A DNA stretch of 33,255 bases from Tubiluchus corallicola (taxonomy: Eukaryota; Animalia; Priapulida). The notes under the pieces were generated by a model. That model saw only the letters and a list, made by a program, of their open reading frames with translations, had not been told where the DNA came from and did not search any database. Made by a program: the position numbers and the translations under genes. Location: assembly GCA_030141605.1 (NCBI GenBank), contig JAQGDQ010001123.1, positions 27,766 through 61,020 of the forward strand. Reading direction: 5' to 3'. Of this stretch, positions 24,325 through 33,255 are shown piece by piece (positions within the stretch are counted from its first letter, which is position 1; each line of letters starts with the position of its first letter).

Positions 24325-24728
24325 ATATTTATATTTATATTTATATTTGTATTTGTATTTGTATTTGTATTTGTATTTGTATTTGTATTTGTATTTGTAT
24401 TTGTATTTGTATTTGTATTTGTATTTGTATTTGTATTTGTATTTGTATTTGTATTTGTATTTGTATTTGTATTTGTATTTGTATTTGTATTCGTATTCGT
24501 ATTCGTATTCGTATTCGTATTCGTATTCGTATTCGTATTCGTATTCGTATTCGTATTCGTATTCGTATTCGTATTCGTATTCGTATTCGTATTCGTATTC
24601 GTATTCGTATTCGTATTCGTATTCGTATTCGTATTCGTATTCGTATTCGTATTCGTATTCGTATTCGTATTCGTATTCGTATTCGTATTCGTATTCGTAT
24701 TCGTATTCGTATTCGTATTCATATTTAT
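24325..24728. repeat. (TATTTG)n(TATTCG)n hexanucleotide microsatellite
   Basis: Direct reading; switch at about 24490. Confidence 0.97.
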
Positions 24729-25019
24729 ACATTATTTATTGTATTGATGTCTTGTATGTATTTGCAATTGTTATGTTTGACTGTTATACTTTATTAAAAA
24801 CTTTAATGGTCAAGTTATTTGATTGTTGTATTTTTCGTTTGTTAATTTATTTATTTTTTATTGTTTTTAAACATCACAGGCAATAGTTTGAAGTTTCATA
24901 ACAAAAGCTACAGAGTGCCTATGGTAGTAATAATATACATTTGATAGTCCAGAGTAGTTTATTATGCGGGCAGGTGTTGTTTTCACTTAATGTCTGCTCT
25001 CCCATAGACTATAAATCAA

Positions 25020-25677
25020 AAAAGAATAGCAACACAAAATACTTGAGAGAATAACAACACAAAATACTTAAAAGAATAACAATACAAAATACTTGCAAGA
25101 ATAACAATGTGAAATACTTAAAAGAATAACAATACAAAATACTTGCAAGAATAACAATGTGAAATACTTAAAAGAATAACAATACAAAACACTTGCAAGA
25201 ATAACAATGTGAAATACTTAAACGAATAACAATACAAAATACTTGCAAGAATAACAATGTGAAATACTTAAAAGAATAACAATACAAAATACTTGCAGGA
25301 ATAACAATGTGAAATACGTAAAAGAATAACAATACAAAATACTTAAAAGAATAACAATGTGAAATACTTAAAAGAATAACAATGCAAAATACTTGCAAGA
25401 ATAACAATGTGAAATACTTAAAAGAATAACAATGCAAAATACTTGCAAGAATAACAATGTGAAATACTTAAAAGAATAACAATACAAAATGCTTGCAAGA
25501 ATAACAATGTGAAATACTTAAAAGAATAACAATACAAAATGCTTGCAAGAATAACAATGTGAAATAGTTAAAAGAATAACAATACAAAATACTTGCAAGA
25601 ATAACAATGTGAAATACTTAAAAGAATAACAATACAAAAAGCTTGCAAGAATAACAATGTGAAATACTTAAAAGAAT
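25020..25677. repeat. 50-bp minisatellite (two 25-bp subunits), about 13 copies
   Basis: aaagaataacaatacaaaatacttg/caagaataacaatgtgaaatactta. Confidence 0.95.
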
Positions 25678-26027
25678 GTAAAATACGTCAAAAGGACAGA
25701 AAACATTGCCAGTTCCGGACGTGAAAAAGTCAAGTAGTCCCGTGCTGCTCGAAAAGTATTCGTTATTTACAAATATCGGTTTCTGAAGTAAATAATGCAA
25801 GAGCCGTGTGAAGTTTTTCCACGCGGAAAAAATATATGCCAAGGACGCTAAGTAAATCCTTAGCAAATGATTTCTGAGGATCAGTAGTATTATATTTTAA
25901 TGAATCAAAGCTGAAATGAAGTGATCACGTACATTTGTGCATGAAACATAGATAATATACATATAAAGTAGATCAAATCAAAAGAAAATTAAATACTACA
26001 AATGATAACACATTAAGCTGTATAATT

Positions 26028-26443
<416 letters not shown>

Positions 26444-26479
26444 TTGAAAACATTATAATAAATGAAATAAGTATAATAA

Positions 26480-28497
26480 TTAGGATAAGTATTATATAAA
26501 CCTAGCTCAATCTGGCATGGGAATAGCGGCGGCCATTTGAAAATCTAAGATGGCGGCTGACGATATGCATAAAAAACGGCACTAATCATTCTTGAATTCA
26601 GCATCCTCAAATTGACTGGCCACAAAAAACAAATTTTTCACAAAACGCATTAATAAAACAATAGTAATTATTATTTCTATAATTATAATAAAGATAATAA
26701 TTATAATATTTATACTAAAATTGTTTAATAACAAATTCTAGATATGACTCTACAAATTACATGAGAAGATATAGCAAAATTTCAAATAACCCAAATCTAG
26801 GTTTGATTAAAAAAGAGAAATGGTTATTAACCGGTGAAAGGATCCATTGTCAAAGAAGCTGTACCAATGGACATCGTTATGCTGGGATACCACGTGCCCA
26901 CCATCCGGGAACACGCGCTGAAGCCTATATCAGCACAGAAACTGCCTGTAGTGGTTCGTGCGTTGTAGGTGTGATCATTCCAGGGCATTAGCCAGAAACC
27001 CAGAAACTCCAAAAACTTCTCCTGCACACTAGAAGCCATCAAAATGGCGGAGGTAGCGAGAGGAATTTCAATGTTCCAACAATTTTGCAGTAAAACAGCA
27101 TTAAGCATTTTCAGATACAACTGAATTCTGATAGCTGTGGACGTCCATACTTCAGCAACTGCAATAACAATTGACGTGCACTGAACTTTAAAACGGGACA
27201 ACATACACGACAAAGTTTCACTGCAAAGGAACCATCTGATCTCCTCTCAGAGAAACAGAGGCTAAGCTACCAAAAGTGAGTTTAAGGCGGCAGTAAATAT
27301 CAAACTGATTCACTGGCCATATTTACTATGAGACCTCAAACTTGGCTGCACAAACGTCTTTCCCTCTCTAGTAACCACGACCCATAATCAGAGTGACCAC
27401 GGAATCACGGTTCAACGAATCGCAGTGGCGCAAAGATTCACCTGTTCATAACCTAGTAACCACAACCCATAATCAGAGTGACCACGGAATCACGGTTCAA
27501 CGAATCCCAGAGGCGCAAAGATTCACCTGTTCATAATCTAGTAACCACAACCCGTATTCAGAGTGACCACGGAATCACGGTTCAACGAATCCCAGAGGCG
27601 CAAAGATTCACCTGTTCATAATCTAGTAACCACAACCCGTAATCAGAGTGACCACGGAATCACGGTTCAACGAATCCCAGAGGCGCAAAGATTCACCTGT
27701 TCATAATCTAGTAACCACGACCCGTAATCAGAGTGACTACGGAATCACGGTTCAACGAATCCCAGACGCGCAAAGATTCACCTGTTCATAACCTAGTAAC
27801 CACAACCCGTAATCAGAGTGACCACGGAATCACGGTTCAACGAATCCCAGAGGCGCAAAGATTCACCTGTTCATAATCTAGTAACCACGACCCGTAATCA
27901 GAGTGACTACGGAATCACGGTTCAACGAATCCCAGACGCACAAAGATTCACCTGTTCATAACCTAGTAACCACAACCCGTAATCAGAGTGACCACGGAAT
28001 CACGGTTCAACGAATTCCAGTGGCGCAAAGATTCACCTGTTCATAACCTAGTAACCACAACCCATAATCAGAGTGACCACGGAATCACGGTTCAACGAAT
28101 TCCAGTGGCGCAAAGATTCACCTGTTCATAACCTAGTAACCACAACCCGTATTCAGAGTGACCACGGAATCACGGTTCAACGAATCCCAGTGGCGCAAAG
28201 ATTCACCTGTTCATAATCTAGTAACCACAACCCGTAATCAGAGTGACCACGGAATCACGGTTCAACGAATCCCAGAGGCGCAAAGATTCACCTGTTCATA
28301 ATCTAGTAACCACAACCCGTAATCAGAGTGACCACGGAATCACGGTTCAACGAATCCCAGTGGCGCAAAGATTCACCTGTTCATAAGTCGTGTGGCGAAA
28401 GATCGCTATGAAAAACGGGAATGGGAGAGGCATGGAAAGATGGGCAGCAATCCAATCCAATCGCAGAACAAACGTGAACGTTTCATTACGCTAAAAA
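26480..28497. mobile_element. Putative non-autonomous element (Helentron-like?) containing the 85-bp array
   Basis: GC-richer block bounded by ggcggccatttgaaaatctaagatggcggc and aacgtgaacgtttcattacgctaaaaa, inserted between two microsatellites; class assignment is inference only. Confidence 0.35.
27368..28386. repeat. 85-bp minisatellite, 12 copies
   Basis: ctagtaaccac recurs every 85 nt from 27368 to 28303. Confidence 0.97.
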
Positions 28498-28554
28498 TTA
28501 TATGTGTACAAAATTCTAGTACGTGACGTCACAATCTGAAAGAAATATAATATA

Positions 28555-28728
<174 letters not shown>

Positions 28729-28731
28729 ATC

Positions 28732-29230
28732 TTTATTAAAGCAATGAACGTATATACAAAAAGGTGCCTCTTTTTGCAGGCTCAGATAAACAATTTACAT
28801 TTTCATGTAACAAATCTTTTAAATATTTCCAGTTTCACTCTATGTACAACGAATAACATATTATACTTAAATTAGATTTAATTTCAAATGATTCACAAGT
28901 ATTATACACACAAATTAACTTTACACAACTACATAATTTATTTTTGTATACTCGAGCGGGCCTAAATTAACAATTATTTAGTATAAAATTATCTCTGATC
29001 AGGTTAGTAAAAGCCATTATTAAATTTTTATCAGATTTTTATCAGAAATTCACCATAATTGGCATCAGCTATTTCTACGAAACGCATTCTTTTTGTATTA
29101 TCTACTTTATTGCATCTGAATAAAACGTGCCGAGGAGTTTGCTCTTTTTCTCCACAAGAAACATAAGATAAAACAATTCCAAATAGAAGCAGTTTCAGCA
29201 ACAAAAGCAAATTCAATATTCTGTTGAAAA
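28732..29230 (-). mobile_element. LINE 3' remnant with C-terminal zinc-finger-like motif and microsatellite tail
   Basis: SCGEKEQTPRHVLFRC resembles the CxCGxxxETxxHxLxxC motif of non-LTR ORF2; AATAAA at 28732-28737 leads directly into (TTC)n(TTA)n. Confidence 0.55.
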
Positions 29231-29916
29231 TACATCTATTTGGGGTTCAAGTTACATTATACTTAATAAAATACTCCATTTAGGAATTACTTCAATAGGA
29301 ACATAGAGGGAGTTTGCTAATTTATAAGAGATATTATATTATGCAATAGCAATTTTTGTATACTTTTGATGATATTTGCTGTGGGTTTACAAAAGGAAAA
29401 GATAATGATAAATGTACAATGGCATATACAGAGAAACCTACTGAATGCAGCAGGGTTAGCAACTAACTGTAGCATGTACGATTTTTCTGTAGTGTTTGTG
29501 AACAAGAATTTTTTAATTATGTATATATATATATATATTAAAGTAAGTAAGAAGTAAGTTTGTAAATTATTACATAGATCAAAATAACATGTAGTGTTGT
29601 AGAATTTTTTGTACTAAGCCTTGCCTTGTTTCACTAAGCATAGACGATTTTTTATTTTGTCAAGACGAATTTGAAGCTTTTGACAAAAAAATAAGTATGG
29701 CTGCCGTGTTAAATTGAAACTTATCATCAATTTGTAGCGAAGATATCAAACCATGCTTTTTAAAGAAAATTTCAAATGCTAACAAGAAGTACTCGAATAA
29801 TAGTAACAATCGCGCGTTTTTTCGAGATTCACATAAAACCAATTTTCTAAATAACCACATATATTAATAAGAAAAAATGATTGTTTTATATTATTAAATA
29901 GAGAAAATATTATACT

Positions 29917-29918
<2 letters not shown>

Positions 29919-30002
<84 letters not shown>
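29919..30002. repeat. (TA)n microsatellite
   Basis: Direct reading. Confidence 0.97.
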
Positions 30003-30232
30003 CCTCCTTAGGTATCCTTGGCATTTACTGCCTACCAGTATTAGATACCTCGTTGTGTTTGTATAACTGACTTGTGTTACTGGCATTTGTAAACTACAAA
30101 AGCTACGAAAGTAAGACGAGCTTTACGTGCAACTGCCCAACCATTTTGACTATTTGCCCAACCAATATGACATGGGCATATTAATAGCAAAACCAAATGT
30201 CAAATAGCCAATTTTCAGGAGTGGACGAGTTG

Positions 30233-30239
30233 TATAAAA
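30233..30239 (+). promoter_or_regulatory. TATA box candidate of the serine protease gene
   Basis: TATAAAA 78 nt upstream of the ATG at 30311; pyrimidine-rich CCACTT about 30 nt downstream. Confidence 0.5.
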
Positions 30240-30310
30240 TGGAACCAAAGGATAGGAAAATCGTCCACTTCGATTTTCGCCTTGGCCAGTTAGTGACTAC
30301 CCAGCTTAAC

Positions 30311-30359
30311 ATGTTTGCAGCCACGTTTGCGCTTGTCTTAGGGCTTCTAGCCTGCAGAG
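30311..30359 (+). CDS. S1 serine protease exon 1, signal peptide MFAATFALVLGLLACR
   Basis: ATG, hydrophobic run, donor G|GTAAG, phase 1 compatible with the exon at 32540. Confidence 0.8.
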
Positions 30360-30480
30360 GTAAGAATTGAAATTAGATTGAATTATTTAGAATCGTTGAT
30401 GTATATGGTTTTGTTCTAACTGTTTCAATTTTGAATAAATACATAACACAAATCGAAGATACAAAAAATTGTATATGCTA

Positions 30481-30657
30481 CAGTCAACTATTTTAAAATA
30501 ATATACAGTATAGTATATAGTGCAATGTATATAGGCCTTGTTAAGGTGATTATTCCTGTAAAATATAGACCATACATAGGCATATCGGATAAATCGGACA
30601 ATCGGCTAAACTGGACCCCCCCCCCCCCAATTAGTCCGGTTTAACGAGGGTTGACTG
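30481..30657. mobile_element. Tc1/mariner-pogo-type MITE
   Basis: TA|CAGTCAAC ... GTTGACTG|TA termini; subterminal CGGATAAATCGGACAATCGGCTAAACTGG repeats. Confidence 0.6.
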
Positions 30658-30779
30658 TAGTTTATTAAATAAAGTCTTGATAGTTTGCCATGCCCATCGT
30701 GGCTACCTCACACGCCACGCAATAAACAACAATAATCAGCAAGCAGCTTTAATCACAAGAACAAATGGGCTTTATCCAA

Positions 30780-30950
30780 TTATTTTACTCTTACTTTTAC
30801 TCTACACCTGTTACCAAAGGTTCAGATTTTCACTCGTATAATACTCGTTGTAAAGATAACGCACGTCCACCCGTTTTTGTGAACAAGTTTCAGGTGAAGG
30901 AGCACTTAGTTTTAAATACTCTCATTTTACAGTTAATTAATTGTTAGTTT
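30780..30950 (+). mobile_element. CR1/L2-group LINE C-terminal fragment in protease intron 1
   Basis: SDFHSYNTRCKDNARPP contains the HxYNTR motif typical of L2/CR1-group ORF2 ends. Confidence 0.45.
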
Positions 30951-31605
30951 TCTCTCATTCTTGCCAAAGATTAAAAATATAGTAAAAATTTCTCTTTGGA
31001 AACATTTCTTCTTATGTAATATTATAGGAAATATTACTAATTGTTATGTATTTCAACTATACTCTTAAAATATTATAATTGGAATTGTAATCATATTTTA
31101 GGTTAATAATCGTTAATGGAATCTTACCTAGTTTATTTTTTCTTGTTCCTAAGCAATATTCTGCTAGTATACTCTATGCAGAGACTAATACATAATTAAG
31201 TAAAGTCCAAGTAAAACAACTAAAATTACTGAACTGATGCGGCAGATAGCTTTGCCTACCACATGTCACGTAGCGGTTGTTGTTAAGACGCGTTGCTATG
31301 GTACACTTAACCTTTGACCTACAGCACAACAAAAGGTTTACTGTTATTCTGGCCTCTTCGCACGATTACTTGCTTTTTGCTTTTTCCTCCATAAAATCAT
31401 ATGGCGTTAATAGGCAGCAGTGTGAATGATTGCGTAATTCATAGTACGTGTAGTCTGATTTAAAGGAAAAGAACAAGCCACTTTGTATATTGGGTTTATT
31501 TGACACCTGCCATTCAAACTTAGATATATGATTTAAAGGAAAACACAAGCCACATTGTGTGTTGGATTTATTTTACTGGTACAATCTAAATTTTAAAAAT
31601 GCGAT

Positions 31606-32520
31606 TTAAAGGAAAAGGCAAGCCACATTGTATGCTGGGTTTTTTTACCCCTTACAATTTAAGCTTGGAAAAATATAACAAACATATTTGCAAAAAAAAC
31701 TGTAAGTCTTCGGTGGCTACTTAACTTTTCGTAAGCGCATCGTGGCTTTCCGTAAGCTCGCTCTGCTTAAGCTAATTCAAATTTCTACAGCTTACCTAAT
31801 GTTCTTGCGAAAATATCGCAACGTTAACCGTCTAATTTTTTGTAAAAACTTATCCCGCCTTTGACAAATATTGACAGTGCGCTACTTTTCTTGACAACAT
31901 AATTGTTAGAAAAATGGCATTCAAAATCTTGGCATCCAAACACCCAGTGATCTCACCTTCTTAAGGCGATATTGCTAATTAAACGAGGCACTTATCACGC
32001 GTGTACTGGAAATCTTGCATTGGCGAGCTTGGCGGCCTTCGCTTGTTTTTGGCTTTGTCCACCTTGTGGTGATTTTTGGCCTAATCACGTGATCAATTTG
32101 ATCTGGGTCAGAGGCCTACTGTGGAGTGAAGACGTGTCATGATAACTTGATAAGATATTGTCGTTATCGGTTACAATTGTTTATGATTTGGGGCTAATAA
32201 CGTATCTATATCCTCTAATTTCTTTATAAAATTCAAATTTACCTTAAGATAACAGCTAGGTATTAATTAACACGACAGTACAGTGTAGAACTCTTAATTA
32301 TGTAAAATTGCCTTTTGGCTAGTGTTTTTTTTTGTTATTTGTTTATTTGTTATTTTTTGGTACTAATTTCATATGTTTAGATGGAATGACATGTTTTGGC
32401 AAATAAAGAGCAAAGAAAAAACAAAATTTAATCGAACTTCGAATTTGGTTTTGAAAGCCCAAACAACGCGTTTATTACAAAACCTTTCTAACTTTTAAGG
32501 TGGCTTGGCTTTTCCTTTAA
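31606..32520. mobile_element. TTAA-flanked non-autonomous DNA element with 21-bp inverted termini
   Basis: ttaaaggaaaaggcaagccac vs gtggcttggcttttcctttaa (1 mismatch); two extra left-end copies at about 31459 and 31532. Confidence 0.65.
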
Positions 32521-32539
32521 ACATTATTTGTTTCATTAG

Positions 32540-32622
32540 CTGAATCGAGAGCTCACCAGAGAGACACGAGCAACTTTATCGTTGGAGGAGATGAAATTCC
32601 AATAGAAACGGCATGTTACCAG
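32540..32622 (+). CDS. S1A trypsin/chymotrypsin-like serine protease exon 2 (AESRAHQRDTSNF-IVGGDEIPIETACYQ); gene continues beyond what is visible
   Basis: Acceptor tttcattAG, donor CAG|GTAAG; encodes the IVGG mature N-terminus and an xYQ motif at the usual P[WY]Q spacing. Confidence 0.85.
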
Positions 32623-33255
32623 GTAAGATATGTTACAGCCTTACTGGCTTTGGTATTGCGAAGAACTTCTTTAGTTCCAAGTAGATACTAAGCACATGTC
32701 GAAATACAAAATATCTATGTTGATATAGACGTGTACGTATTAAAGGATTTCGTTATCATGCCAAATATTTTCGCTTGGGTGTTTTGGGGAGAGCTAACAA
32801 CCGACATTGGCAGGTTTATCAGACTGTTTTTGTAGATGCAATGTTCGTGTTAAACAGATGAAATCAATGGATGAAAACATGGTTTAACTTTGCGATCTGT
32901 ATTGTATTCGAAATCATAGTCTCATTGTCAATCCACATATACACGAAAATAAACAGTAATACTAATAAACAAAAGTTAAAGTAATCCATCAGCCAACATA
33001 TCATGGCACCTGAGTCTAAAAACGTTATAATAATCAAACCACTGTTTAAGCCTATTGCTTGTCCTCTCATCTTGCTACCAAGTCAAGAGTCGTAGTTATT
33101 CACAGAGAAGCCAAGTGACCCAGTTCCATACAAACATATAGCAGTAGCAAGTACATACATATATTGGAAACTTCCAAGTGTACAAACAGATGTCAGCACT
33201 GACTTAGTGGTAGTGAAAAACAAAAGTTTAAAACTACAAATCAAAATTATTAAGA

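Noticed and set aside
27368-28386. CRISPR-like array
   Set aside because: Whole 85-bp units are near-identical with no unique spacers; eukaryotic context, no cas genes.
29031-29216. Small secreted peptide MNLLLLLKLLLFG...
   Set aside because: Start is TTG, and the C-terminal half fits a LINE zinc-finger remnant followed by a repeat tail.
32623-33255. Protease exon 3
   Set aside because: No in-frame CGG or TAAHC motif after a plausible acceptor within the window.

Overview
AT-rich, microsatellite-dense eukaryotic (probably invertebrate animal) genomic DNA; no prokaryotic operon or CRISPR array. Most ORF-track entries are repeat artefacts. Three spliced genes can be read by hand. Two are minus-strand paralogs encoding Cys-free Tyr/His/Pro-rich proteins, probably secreted, that share a conserved core (HTIPYEDLYEST[Y/F]TDHY) that I do not recognise: gene A (8614-8585 + 8204-7731) and gene B (main exon 15262-14567, with an apparent 1-nt frameshift near its C-terminus). 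The third is the first two exons of a plus-strand S1-family (trypsin-like) serine protease (30311-30359 + 32540-32622; signal peptide, then F|IVGG). Between the paralogs lie three palindromic Penelope-like retroelement remnants carrying minimal hammerhead ribozyme motifs, one with a decayed GIY-YIG endonuclease split by a piggyBac-like MITE. The rest comprises LINE 3' remnants with microsatellite tails, several MITEs, a 5S-derived fragment, minisatellites (46, 50, 60, 85, 93 bp) and long microsatellites. All alignments were done by eye; repeat and element boundaries are approximate.
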